Assembly: GCF_004010195.1 (NCBI RefSeq)
Contig: NC_057755.1
Span: 3,929,462 to 3,993,461, forward strand
From: Chiloscyllium plagiosum
Lineage: Eukaryota
DNA: 64,000 nucleotides
Direction: 5' to 3'
The notes under the pieces: model-generated
Told to the model about the DNA's origin: nothing
Databases searched by the model: none
The model's input: only the letters and a program-made list of their open reading frames with translations
Translations under genes and position numbers: made by a program
In this document: positions 26,840-40,382 of the stretch, in pieces
Numbering within the stretch: the first letter of the stretch is position 1
Layout: each line of letters begins with the position of its first letter

Positions 26840-29800
26840 TAATTAAATTGTTGTCATGAAAATAGTTAGGAGTGGAAAAGTAATTAGATATTTTCAAAGT
26901 TCTTACGTTGAATAATAATTTCATCCTGAGTTTGATAACAGACTCATCAATTGTGCACTATGCTTTCATTAGATTTCAGTCTACAAATTGAACTTATGCA
27001 AATGGGTGGATTTGTACATTGGGCAATCAAGTAGCTATGATCAAAGGATTTATGATCTTCAATAATGACACTTTGCTGTTAATGATCAATACGATATTGA
27101 AAATATCTTCATAAACCTTCAAGTTTGACTCACACATAATAATGTTAGTTGTGATCATGTTGGTCATCAGTGAAGATGCACAATTCTGTTTGGACACTGG
27201 GATTGTGGATCTGACATTCACTGAGTATTGTTGCTGATTAATTCACTGCAAGATACCATGTAATCCATCACTTTTCTAACACCTTCAATGATGATCTCTT
27301 CCAAAGTGTAGGATTATGAAGCTTATGTGGCACACTAGATGCCATCAACATGGACGAACTTACGAGAAATGGTCATTGGCAATTAATCTGTACAAATGGT
27401 GAAAATTGGACTGAGCCTTGTAATAGTCCATTGGCCAATCTGTTCCATGCACTTGCCCCTTGTTCAAGGACGAGTCTAAATTGTCTGTTGTGAGGAAATG
27501 TTTGTATAACTGTCCAGATCCAAATTGGGAGCTGTCTGGAGATATTTAGGAGCCGGTCACTCTTTATTGGAGGTGTCAGTGTTGTCCAGACTGTGTTTCG
27601 ATTCCCGCCTTTTCAATTGTATTTTCATGTACATGATAATGCAAAGATCACGTGTTTACTCATCTGAACACGAATCAGCTGTTTACTGCGGTTATTGAAC
27701 TGATCAACAATCAGCTGGTGACTACAGTTACTAAGTTTAGCAAAAATCATGTGTGTTTCTGGTCATTGAAGTGAATAATCTTCAACTAAAAAAAAAATTG
27801 GTTGGATTTTAAGATTCAAAGAAATTAAGAGAGGTTAAGTCTTTATTGTATAAAACGTAAAACTGACCTGCATATTATTTCTTACAGACTAATCCAGCAA
27901 CAATCGAACAGAGTCATGCTCACGAAATCCCACTTTCCAGACCATGTCCCAGACAACATTATGATTATCTCAGGGCAGGTCCTGTCTCACTTGGAGGACA
28001 GAACCAGCAGAGGGAGCAGCCCTGTGGGGGGCATGGTGACCTTTTGCTGATCATCAATAACTGCATCCCTCGAGTTTTCATCTTTGAACACAACGTTAAA
28101 GTTCGAAAGCTCAGAGAATGGACTCTGTGTGGGAAGCTTCAGTGTCCACCACCAAGACAGGCTCAGCAGCACCAACTGCTGACTGGGCTGGGACAGTACA
28201 AAAGGCATTGTCACCAATCTGCCAGCCGCACATTTTTCAGACACTGCATCATATGATGTGGCACTGTCTCGGTGTGAAATGGGGCAGACTTCAAACAGAT
28301 CGACCAACCCATTACGAGGTGTCCATGAAGTTCAGTGGGAAATCTGCAGCATCAGAATTATAACTTACACAGACAATCATAGACTATCTACCCGACATCT
28401 GACTGGAGGGCTTGAGTTTTCAGGAAGGGTTGGACAGCTGGGGGTTTTCTTTTCTCTCGGGCGTCAGAGTTACAGGGAGAGATTGGATAGCCTGATTTTT
28501 CTTACACTGAAGTGTCAGAGGCTGAGGTAAGAATTTATAGAGTTTAATAAAATATGAGGATCATGAATAGGGTGAACGGCCAAGGTCTCTCCCGGGATAA
28601 CTGAGTCCAAACTGGAGGGCATGGGTTTAACCTGAGAAGGGAAATATTTCAAAGCGAACTGGGGGGCCGCTCCTTCATGCAGAGGGTGATGCATGTGTGG
28701 ATCTAAGTCATTTGGATGCATACATGCAAAGGAAGAGTTTGCAGGGATATTGGTCAGGAACAGGCGGGTGGGATGATTTTAATTTGGGAGTATGTTCAGC
28801 TCGGACTGTTTGCATCAAACGGCCTGTTTCCATGCTGTATGACCCTATGGCTCTATGGTTGAAGCTGGTATAATTACAGCATTCAAAAGACACTTAGGTG
28901 AGCATATGAATAGGAAATCTTCAGCTTAGTTCACTGAAGAGTACACCAGGATATACAGACAGCAACACTGAAAACCAATAGATGAGGTTCCAACCTGGTG
29001 AAACTACACAACAGATGTCTTTTGTATGCAACAAGTGATGGGCAGAGCTAAACGATCGCACAACCAATGTGGCTCTGCTTTCTCACCATGACTGCGGCCA
29101 GACTTGCTGTGTTCCACCAGTTATCACATCCACGTTCTGCAGAGCTAAGCTTCGGCACGTTTAAAAGATTCAACCACTCGGTGAGAAGGCTGATCTCTAA
29201 CAATCAAACCTTAAGTTTTGGGGGAATCTAGAACATCTGTGCAAAAGATAAAGCTGAAGCATTTGCAACAATCTTCAACCAAAACTACCAAATCGTTGAT
29301 CCATTTCAGCCTCCTCCTGAGGTCCCCATGTTCACAGATCCCAGTCTCCAGCCAATTCAATTCACTCTCCCTGATGTCATGGAATTACAGAAAGCACTGG
29401 ATACTGAAAATGTCGTGGGTCCTGATAACTTAAATATCGAAAACTCTTCGCCTGCCAAGCGAAAGTGTTCTAATCAAGCAATAGCACTGGCATGGACCGA
29501 GAATGTGAAAAATTACGAGGGCATGTTTTGCACAGAAAAATGAGGGCAAATCTGATGTTGTCAATTAATGTCTCATCTGTCCATTCCCTAGCATGAAAAT
29601 GGGAATGAAGGTGTAATTAACAGGGCTATCAAAGAATACCTGGTTAGCAATAACCTGGTTAGCAATAACCTGCCAGTTTGGGTGCCACAAGGGCCATTGA
29701 TTACAGCCCTGGTTCAAAGAAGTAGAACGTCACAGGAGATGGGAGAGGAGCTCGTGTAAACATCAAGGCACCATTTGACCGAATGTGACACTAGGACACC

Positions 29801-31190
29801 AAGAAAAAATCACAGTCAACGATAACCCAAAGAAAACTCTCTGCTGGTTGCAACAATAACATGCAAATAGGAAGACAGTTGTTATTGTTCATGTCAGCAA
29901 TTTCACCTTCAGGACATATCTGCAAGAACTCCTCAGGAAACATCATAGGTCTTACCATCCTCACCTGCTTCACCAATGAACACTCAGAGGTCTATCAATG
30001 AGAACTTTAGTACAGTGTTTTGAGAATAGCTGCTTTCCAAGAAATTGGTCTGGGTTCGATTCCTGGCCCACTGCAAATGATAAATTGATCACCAAGAGCA
30101 TAGATGAGGCTAGGGCAGTGGATGTTGTCTATATGGACTTTAGCAAGTTGTGAATGTTAAGTTACATGGCAACCAGGGAGAGTGAGCTAATTGGATTCAA
30201 AATAAACCCAATGGTAGCAAGCAAAGGATAATTGTTGAAGTTTGTTTCCCGGACTGGTGGCCGATGGCTAGTGGTGAGTTACAGGGTCCGATGCTGGGTC
30301 CTTCGTTATTTGTTATTTGTATAAATGACCTGGATGTAAACGTACAAGGTATGCTGAGTACGTTTGCAATTAATAAAATGTTAGGAGGTATCGTTGATAA
30401 TGAGGAAGATTGTCAAAAATTACAAGGAAATGCGCTGATTATTGGCAAATGCAATTCAATAGGAATAAATGTGAGGTGTTGAACTTTGGAAAGTCAAACC
30501 AAGGTCGGACTTATACCATAAATGCTAAGTGTCTGAGGAGTGCTGTGGAACAGAGGGACCTCAGAGTACAGGTACATAATCCTTTGAACGCGGTGCCACG
30601 GGTAGACAAGGTAGTGAACAAGGCATTTAGCAGGCTGGCTAACATTGGTCAAAGCAATGAGTACAGGAATTGTGACATTATGTTACAGCTGTATAAGTCA
30701 TTGGTGAGGTCGTACTTGGAGTATTGTGTACAGTTTTGGTCACCCAGTTATAGGAAAGACATAACCATTACTGAAAGAGTGCAAACACGATTTATGAAGA
30801 TGTTACCAGGATTAATACATCTGAGTTGCAGGGACAGGTTGTCTAGGATAAGAGTTTATTCTATGGAATGTTGAAGAATAAGGGATAATCTTATTGATGA
30901 GCATAAAATCATGAGGGGCAGAGGTAGGATGAATGCTTATTTTTTTTTCCACCAGGGACGGAGAATTGAAAACTCGAGGGCATAATTTGAAGTTGAGAGG
31001 GGTTAGGTTTTGGATGGATCTGAGGGGTAACTTTTTCACGCAGAGAGTGAGTGGAATGAGCTTCCCCAGAAAATGTTCGAGGGAGGTACAATAACAATAT
31101 TTAAAATTCATTTGCAAATGTACAGGGATGGGATGGGTTTATAATGATCTGGACCAAATGCGAGCAATTGGGACTTGTGAATTGACAGCA
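26840..31190. repeat. Inverted segmental duplication arm B (mirror of about 8725-12710)
   Basis: Reverse-complement similarity over about 4 kb, including identical nested junctions. ORFs 11229..11555(-) and 28044..28256(+) share REWTLCGxLQCPxPRQAQQH. Confidence 0.85.
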
Positions 31191-31235
31191 TCGTGCAGTT
31201 TGGGCCAAAGGGCCTGCTTCCACATTGTATTAGTC
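30085..31235 (+). mobile_element. CR1 LINE 3' fragment
   Basis: QGPMLGP, INDLD, KCEVLNFG, LEYCVQFWSP. Confidence 0.88.
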
Positions 31236-31444
31236 TCTGCCTGTGTGACCAGAAAAAACCCAAGCTGAAAGGTGTTCATGGATTGTTGACTCATCCTCTT
31301 AACACACGAGTATGTCATTGCACGAAAAATCCATCATTCAAATTGTTCCTTTTTTTTTCAGAATGACGGGTACTTGAGGACTCCGTTGTAGAATTGCGAA
31401 AGTAATACTTAGTAAAATAACTTAGTAAAATACTTAGTAAATCA

Positions 31445-32200
31445 GAAACCAAAACAGAAGCTGAGGTGGACATGATTGAGAGAGTCAAGTTCCTGGGAGT
31501 GACGGTAATCAACAATCTGTCCTATGCCACCCACGGAGATGCGACTGTCAAGGAGGGACAATAATGCCCCTCCTTCCTCAGGATCCTTGTGAAATTCGGC
31601 ATGTCCATAAGGAGCCTCACCAACCTTTTCAGATTCACCATTGGAAACATTCCATCTGGGAGCATCACGGCTAAGTCCAAAAACGTCTACACGCAGGACC
31701 CGCAAGAAAGTTGTGAACAAAGCCCAGACCATCACTCAAGCCAACTTCCTGTCCATGAACTGCATCTGCACTTCTCGTTCCTGGAAAAGCAGCCAATATC
31801 ATAAAATATCGCTCCCATCCCGGATATAATCGCTTCCCACCTCTTCCACCAGGCAGAAGATGCAAAAGCTTAATCACACGTACCAACAGGTTCAAGACCA
31901 GCATCTCCCCTTTTGTTATTAGACTGTGAAGGGAGCTCTCAAATTTTAAATCTGATCAAAGTTTGTGCGAAGATTTGTAGCTCGGGTGCTCGTTGTTGTG
32001 AATGGAGCTCTCAAATTTTAAATCTGATGTTGATCTTACTTTTTTACCCTCCTGTGCTAACATAACTTGTCTGCATACCTCTGTTCAATCACCCTGTTAT
32101 CTATACTTCATTGTATGTTATGATCCACCTGTTCTGAACAAAAAAACTAAACTTTTCACTTCACTTCGGTGCATGGGCCATAACAAATCAAATCAAATCA
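31445..32200 (+). mobile_element. Rex1/Babar-like LINE 3' fragment
   Basis: KFLGV...FLRxLxKFGM pattern and (aaatc)n tail. The same tail occurs at about 90-115. Confidence 0.65.
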
Positions 32201-32294
32201 AATTGCTGGAAAAGTTTCTAATCAAGTTCTGAGGGAAAAAAAAAACTGATGATGAAACATTAACTCAGATTTGCCTCTCACGATGCTGCCAGAG

Positions 32295-35270
32295 TGTGAT
32301 GAAACTGCTCCTTTAACAAGGTGATGTTGTTCTTGGGTTCTTCTTCAGAGAAGTCGTAAAAGACACAGTCTCTGAAAAGTCTAAGCTGAAGGTCTGAGAG
32401 CCAGCTTGATTATAACTAAGTGATACTACCTCAGGAAACCGGTTTTCAAGTTTTTAAAAATAAAACCATTGTACAACGAAATGGGAGTGGCCCGTTCTCC
32501 CAGTTCAGCTTCCCTCTGATTTGGTTTGGGTTTTGGCAGTTGTGTTCTGAAGCTGCTGGACCCACAGAAACAGGTCCGGGCTGGTCCTCTCTCTCTCTGA
32601 CCTCTCTCCTGGGTGTGATTTCCCCTTTTGTGCCAAGGAGTATTTATGGGGATTGTTGCAAGTATTGGAAAAGTACCATTAATTTGGGATAATCTGTTGG
32701 GTTTTGAAATACGTTAAGTTATTCCGTATACTGTTCTCTTTTGTTTGTGCTTATTTGGTAATCTTGGAAATAAATTCTGTTTTGTTTAAAACTCAGTGGA
32801 GAGGCCAGCTGCATCTCTCCTGGAAATTCCGCTGTACACCTGCTTAAAACAACTAACAAAGTGAGGGTCTGGGCTATCATCTTGAAATGTTTGGAGGGTT
32901 CTGGACTGATACATTACAGATTGGGGGCTCATCTGGGATTTGCTGTTTAGCTTGGATTTGGGATGAGGGTTCTTGGTCTGAAAGGCAGCGAGTGGTAGGT
33001 GTTAATATGTTTTGTTCTCGGTGTTCAACTCATTTGACTTAAATAGTGTTTGGGATGGCAATGGCTCTTTCAGTCACCAAAGGTTCAGTGGAGGTCGAAG
33101 AGGTGACCTTGGGGGTTTTGCAAAAAGTGATTAAGACCAAGCAGCTTGAATTAGCAGGCAGGCTGGGGTTGTAGCTTCCTCCTTCCCTGAGGAAAGGAGA
33201 GATAATTACAGCAATTACTCAGCATTTACATTTGCTGGAAACACCATCAGACTCTTTAGAGATGACTAATATCCAATTGAAAATGAAGCAGCTTGAGTTA
33301 GAGGCAAGAGACAATGAACGGGCAGCAGAAAAGAAACATTGTGAATTTTGAGTGAGAGGCAAGAGAAAAAGAACGAAGCAAGAGAGGGAGGTAAAACTTC
33401 AGGAAGTGGCACTGAAACAGGAAAGTCAGGTTAAAAGGATGGAGATGAAGAGTGAAGGTAAACTTAGTAAGGACGAGCTAACCCACGGTAGCAAAATGCT
33501 GAGTGAGAAACTGTTTTAGTATATTCAATTATTGTCTAAATTCAATGCAAAGAATGTGGAGGACTTTTTCATCTCATTTGAAAAGGTGGTTAAATAAATG
33601 TGGTGAACAGGGACCATGTGGCTTTGTTGATCTAAACAAAACTTGTAGTTTGAGCGGGTGAACTAACAGAGGAGGTATCTGGGGCATATGAGGAGGTGAA
33701 GAAAGCCATCTTAAGTGCACATGAGCTTGTGCCAGAAGACTACCAGAAACATATCAAGGAATCTAAAGAGGGAACCTAGTCAAACCTACACTGAGTCTGA
33801 AAGGATCAAACAAAGTAATTTTGGCAAGTGGATAAGGATATTAAAAATAGAACAAACATGCAATGTTTGTAGACATACAATTATTTTGGAGGGGTTCAAA
33901 TATTATCTTCCTGAAGTAGTGAGAACTCATGAGGAAGAACAGAGAGTTAAAATGGCACGATTAGCTGCTAATGAACATGAATTTGTCCAGAAATCAAAGT
34001 TTGGTTTCCAATATCAGTTTCAGTCCATACGCGACAGATACTGGGGAAAAGAGAAATCCTGATGCGGAAAGGAAAGGTAGATCATGGTGAAGATTATAGG
34101 GATAACGTACCACAGAGTAAAAAGGAAACCCCTGAAGGATACAGAGAAGTTAAAAAGCCCCAGTGTTTTCATTGCAATATAGTAGGGCGCATGAAATCAT
34201 AGTGCTGGTGGGCTAGGAAAAGCAGATCTGGGGAAACAGGATACGCCAGTGAATTTTTTGGAGTGGTAACGGAAAGGACAGTGGAGGCGAGAAAGCTGCA
34301 CCACAATGTACAAGCTGGTTGGAGGTTGGTTAAGGAAGAAGTGACAGATCTTCTGAAACCACATACCTGCAAAAGTAAAGTTTATTCGCAGATGCCAGGA
34401 GCAACAGTTTAAAAAGGTTAAAATATTAAGAGATACAGGATCCTCTCAATCTCTGATGTTGAACGATGAAGAACTATTACCAGAAGAGGTGCTAGTAACG
34501 GTAATTCACCATAAGACAAGAAGGAATCAGTTATGTTAAGTGAGGTTAGACTGTCCAGTGAAGAGTGGAGAGGTCGCGGTAGGAATATTGGACAAGCTCT
34601 CAGCTCCAGGAATACAATTTGTCATTGCTAATAATATAGCTGGTTCACAGATAGGAGTGCTGCCTACTGTGGTTGAAAAGCTAGTAGAAACTCAGGCAAC
34701 TGGACTATTGCAGGAAATATAGCCTGGGATGTTTCCTGACTATGCGGTAATGAACTCACAAAGTCACCAGTTGAAACAGAAGAGATCAAAAAGGTAACGA
34801 TTACAGAGTTGAAGTGGAATTGGCAGAGACCCTTTTTGATCAGGATTCTGAGACAAACCAGACAGATGACATAACAGACATCTTAACTCAGATAAATTAA
34901 ATGATATACAGCAAAAAGGGTGTTTAAACATTTTTTGGTTTAATTTAAACCAATTGTATTAAAATGCATTCACAGACAAAGAATCTAACTGTGCCCCTGA
35001 ACATTACTATCTTAAAAATGAGGAGAAATGGGCAGATGTTCATCAAGTCATATTGCCAGTGAGTTACAGAACGGTTGCAAGTGGAGCATGAGCTATCACC
35101 AAAGGGCATTTCGAAGTGAAGAAAACACGAGCTGAAATACAAAACCATTTTGACTGGCACAGACTGCACAAGGGTGCAGATGAATTTCGCCAGATATGTC
35201 ATACAGGTAAAGTAATTGAAAAACCACAGGCAGTAATAAAATCTGCACCTTTAATACCTAATACTGCATT
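32295..35270 (+). mobile_element. Gmr1-type Gypsy LTR retrotransposon 5' part (LTR, PBS, gag, protease, integrase N-terminus), decayed
   Basis: LTR 32295-32918 (TGTGATG...CATTACA); tRNA-Pro-like PBS tgggggctcatctgggat (32922-32939); CFHCxxxGHxKSxC knuckle; LRDTG protease; integrase HHCC-like region at about 35080-35260. Confidence 0.85.
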
Positions 35271-35949
35271 TAGGGGGAGAGAGTGAGCAAGGCAGAGAAA
35301 AAGCCGGGGAGAGAGTGAGGGGAGGTAGGGTGGCAGACAGGCAGGGAGAGAGACACACACAGATTGGGAGATTTGTGTGGGGGGAGAGAGCAAGACGAGG
35401 GAGAGAGAAAATGGGGACAAATGCATTCTAAGGAAATTACACAGGATTGTGAGGATACTTTTCCCTCAATCTTGTGGCGTCAAATGAACTGTTTTTAATT
35501 ACGGATTTAAAAGCATGTAGAAATGTAAGCTGGATAGTAATGTCACATATATCTATATTGTAATGTACAGTATTCATTCATATTTTAGAATTAATTCTTT
35601 CAATAAACTGTCAAAAACCAATTGCTACGAAAGAAGATTTTGATGTCCTGCCTATATCTATGAGCCCACATTTGGATAACAGTAACCAGGGAATTGGAAG
35701 ATCAGATTCCCAGTGTTGATAACAGTAATCTTAAATATTAAGTTGTTGTTGCTGTGATATAATTGCAGATATACCCTTATTGGTATGTTTCTATGGGCCT
35801 GTGCGTTCAGGAGCCCTGAGCAGTATCTCCACTCAGAAGTGTTGTGTCCCCTCCTTTCAATAAAAAATGTTGTAGTTGGCAGAATCGCAACGCTCGTGAG
35901 TTTGCCATTGTTTGAAAAATCCTGCCCAAATGGTCATTTCAAAACCATA

Positions 35950-37020
35950 TGGCATAGGAGAAAATGAGGATCATTTAGCCCATTGACTCTGTTCTGCCAG
36001 TCAATAAGTTCATGACTGATCATCCTTTATTCACAATTGTGCCTTTACCCCATAATCCCTCGATTCCCTTCCTAATAATACACCTGTCTGTCTCAGCCTT
36101 GAATATATTCCATGACCCAGCCTCGACAGCACCCTGTGGGAAAGAATTCCACGGATTGAAATCCCTCAGAGGGAAGATGTTCCTCCTCATCTCTGTCTGA
36201 AATAGTGACCCCTTATTCTGAGACTATGCCCTCTGGTCCTTGACACACCCACAAGGGAAAACAAACTTTTCAAACTTGCCCTGGTAAAACCTCAAAGAAT
36301 GCTTGTCCATTTTAATAAGGTCTCCACACATTCTTCTAAACTCCAAAGAGTGCAGAGCCAACCAACTCAGCCTCTCCCCATTAGACAGTTCCTCCATCCC
36401 TGGGATCAGCCGAGTTAACCCTCTCTGGACTGTCTCCAATCTATTTTTCCTTAGATAAAGAGACCAAAACTGTTCACATTATTCCAGCTGTGGTTCCACA
36501 ACTGCCTTGTATAGTTTTAGTTAAATCTCCCCACTGCTATGTTACATACCCATTGAAATAAAGACCAACAATGCATTTAGAAAAAAAAAGAACAAAGGAC
36601 TGTGGTTGCTGGAAATCAGATACAAATTCAGAAATTGGTGGAGGAACTCAGTAGGTCCGGCAGCATCTGTGGAGACAAAATAGAGTTAACGTTTCAGGTC
36701 TAGTGATTCATCTTTAGAACTGCGTTTTTCCAGAAATTTCTGTTTTTGGTTCCAGTATTCCATTTGCCTTTCCTTTTATCCAGTGAACATAGATACTGGC
36801 GTTTTCTAATTCACAGATGAGGATTCCCAAATCGCTCTGTTCTGTCGCTTTCTGCACTCTTTCTCCATGTAAATTATATTCAACCCTTCTATTCTTCCTG
36901 TCAAAGTGCATCATCTGGCTTTTTCCCTCCTTATATTCTGCCTGTCATGTTTTCACTCACACGTTTAACCTGTTTGCAACATTCTGCAGACACTGACATC
37001 CTCTCCACTTGCCTTCACAC
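35950..37020 (-). mobile_element. Older CR1 3' fragment with Penelope terminal-repeat insert (about 36590-36755)
   Basis: ETVQRGLTRLIPGM and MHFDRKNRR motifs on the - strand. Confidence 0.75.
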
Positions 37021-37129
37021 TGATTTACATTGACCCCTTCATGGCCACTCTCTGTTCTATCCAGATGGTCAATCCTCTGTCCATGTTACTGTTCCATCCC
37101 AACACCACAGGCTCAGATCTGTTTCAATG

Positions 37130-40100
37130 GAGCAAGAAAGAATGGATTCTAGGACATGGTACACTGATCAGGAACAGACACGGGACTGCTGGGTAAATGA
37201 GGCTTTATATTTAGGCAGTTGTTTTACCCGTGACACTGCTTGAGTAGTCTCTCCCACCTGTCCTCCTCCTCTAACAAAGAGAGGTTCTGTGCGCGAGTTC
37301 ATAAGGCGACTAGTTTATTTTTTAGTTTTTCAATGGTCTCTTTGGAACTTAGAATAGTGGGAATGGAGGTGAGGGCAGTTGAATGTTCCTCCTGCAGAAT
37401 GTGGGATGTAAGGGTCACCACTAGTATCACTTCTGACTTCATCTGCGGGAAGTACACCCAACTCCAGCTCCTCGACAAACGTGTTACAGAACTGGAGCTG
37501 GAGCTGGATAAACTTCGGATCATTCTGGAGGGGGTTGCACCTCAGTTAAATGAAGAAAGGAGGTGGGTTACAGTCAGAGGAGAGAAAGCAAACTGGCAGA
37601 CAGTGCAGAGATCTGTCTGTTTTCTCAATAACAAGTATACCGATTTGGATACTGTTGGGGAGGAGGGCAACTACCAGGGGTAAGCCATGGGATGCAGGTC
37701 TCTGGCACAGAGTCTGTCCCTGTTGCTCAGAAGGGAAGTGGGGGGTAAGCGGAGCAGATCATTAGTTAATAGGGACTCCATAGTTAGGGGGACAGATGAG
37801 AGGTTCTGTGGGAATGAGAGAGACTCACGGTGATTGTTTTGCCTCCCAGATGCCAGAGTTTGTGATGTCTCTGATCGTGCTTTCGGCATCTTGAGGGGAT
37901 GGGGAGCTTCCTCATGTCGTCATCCACATAAGTACCAATGGCATAGGTAGGAAGAGAGATGGGAATGTAAGGCAGACATTCAGCGAGCTACTGTGGAAAC
38001 TTAGAGCTAGGACAAACAGAATTATTATCTCTGGTTTATTACCCATGCCATGTGCTAGCAAGCCGAACAATAGCGAGAGAGAGGAGTTGAACACGTGGTT
38101 GCAGAGATGGTGCAGAATGGGGAGACTCAGTGCCTGGATAATTGGAGCTCATTCTGGGGTAGTTGGGATCTCTACAAATGGGATGGTCTACACCTAAACT
38201 AGAGGGGTACCAATTTCGGGGGGGGGGGGTGGGGGTCGGTGGTAGTAGGGGGATGTTTGCTAGTGGTCTTCGGGAGGATTAAAACTAATTCAGCACGGGG
38301 ATGGGAACCGGAATTGTAGCTCCAGTGTACAGCAGGTTGAGAGTAGTGAGATCAAAAACAAAGATTCAAGGTTGCAGGAGTGTCCCGGCAAACTGGAAGA
38401 TGGTATGAATTGTGTCCTCTGATTGCAAGAATCATCCGGGATATGGTGGGCGAACATGCAGCATGTGTTGGTACCTTGAAATTCAATCTTGTGGCCATTT
38501 CAGAGACATGGATAGAACAGGGTCAGGAATGGTTATTGCAGGTTCCGGGATTTTAATATTTCAGTAAGAACAGAGAAGATGGCAAAAGAGGGGGAGGTGT
38601 AGCATTATTAGTCAAGGACAGTATTACGGTGGCTGAAAGGTCGTTTGAGGACTCGTTTACTGAGGTAGTATGGGCTGAGGTTAGAAACAGGAAAGGTGAG
38701 GTCACCATGTTGGGAGTTTTCTATAGGCCTCCAAAAAGTTGCAGAGACGTAGAGGAAAGGACTGCTAAGATGATTCTGGAAAGCAGTGAAAGTAACAAGG
38801 TACTTTTGTGGGGTACTTTAACGTTTCCAGCATTGACTGGAAACGCCTCAGTTTGAGTAATTTAGAGAAGTAAGTTATTGTCCAAGCTGTGCAGGAGTAT
38901 TTCCTGACGCAGTATTTAGACAGGCCAAGAAAAGGCAAGGCCACATTGGATATGGTACTGGGTAATGAACCCGGCCAGGTGTTAGATTTAGCAGTAGTTG
39001 AGCACTTTTGTGATAGTGATCGCAATTCAGTTATGTTTACTTTAGAGATAGAGATAGATATATACCGCAGGGTAAGAGTTATAGCTGGGGGAAAGGCAAT
39101 TATGATGTGATTAGGCAAGATTTAGGATGCACAGAATGGGAAAGGAAACTGCAGGCCATGGGCACAATTGAAATGTAGTGAATATTCAAGGAACAGCTAC
39201 TGCGTTTCCTGGATAAGTATGTACATGTCAGACAGGGAGGAAGTGGTTTAGCGTGTTATGGTAAAGACATTGAAACCCTTGTCAAGAGGAAGAAGGTGCC
39301 TTACGCTAAGATGAGATGTGAAGGCTCAGTTAGGGTGCTTGAGAGTTACAACTTAGCCAGGAAGGACCGAAAGAGAGAACTAAGAGCCAGGAGGGGACAT
39401 GAGACGTCGTTCGCAGATCGAAACAAATAAAAACCTCAAGTTTTCTATTGGTATGTCAGGAATAAAGAATGACTCGATTTTAAGAAAGAGTTGGATAGAG
39501 CTCACAAGGATAGAGGAATCAAGCGTTATAGAGATAAAGCAGGAACAGGATACTGATTGAGAATGATCAGCCATGATCATAATGAATGATGTTGCAGGCT
39601 CGAAGGGCAGAATGGCCTGCTCCTGCACCTATTGTCTATTGTCTAGAAGGTTGGAGCCAGTCAAGTACAGTAGTGGGAAGTTATGCATGGAGTCCGAAGA
39701 GATAGGAGAGATGATGAATGATTATTTTTTATATCAGTATTTACACAGGAAAAAGAAAATGTTGCCGAGGAGAATACTGAGGTATAGGCTATTAGACTAG
39801 ATGGGATTGAGGTTCATAAGGAGGAGCTGCTAGCAATTCTGGAAAGTGTGAAGATAAGTCAACTGGGCCGGATGGGATTTATACAAGGATTCTCTGGGAA
39901 GCTAGAGAGGAGATTGCAGAGCCTTTGCCTTTGATCTTTATGTGATCATTGTATACAGGAATAGTGCCAGAAGATTGAGGTTTAACAAATTTTCTCCCCT
40001 CGTCCAAGAAGGGGAGTAAAGACAGCTAGGTGATTATATACCAGTGAGCCTTACTGTGGTTGTGGGAAAAGTGTTGGAAAGGATTATAAGAGGTAGGACT

Positions 40101-40380
40101 TATAATCATCTAGAAAATAATAATTTCATTAGGGACAGTCAACACGATTATGTGAAGAATAGGTCGGGCCTCACAAACTTTATTGAGTTAATTGAGAAGG
40201 TGACTAAACATGAGGGTAATGCAGCCGATACGGTGTATATGTATTTCAGTAAGTCATTTGATAAGATTCCCCACGGTATTGTAGAAAATACGGGATTGAG
40301 GGTGATTTGGCGGTTTGAATCAAAAATTGGCTAACTGAAAGAAGTGGTGGTTGATGGAAAATGTTCATCCTGGAGTGCGC
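37130..40380 (+). mobile_element. CR1 LINE (ORF1 and ORF2 5' part), inactivated; 3' end resumes at 44086-44690
   Basis: CSSCRMW/CGKY zinc finger, GDSIVRG esterase, YRPPK, SDRN, FSKSFDKIPH. A short CR1 tail is nested at about 39475-39645. Confidence 0.9.
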
Positions 40381-40382
40381 TG

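Noticed and set aside
28003..28018. CTCF-like CCAGCAGAGGGAGC
   Set aside because: Lies inside a LINE endonuclease remnant and is not kept in the mirror arm; probably incidental.
31405..31442. Short tandem (acttagtaaaat)x3, and the 16-bp tandem at 29639-29672, as CRISPR-like arrays
   Set aside because: Simple slippage duplications without spacers, in a eukaryotic context with no cas genes.
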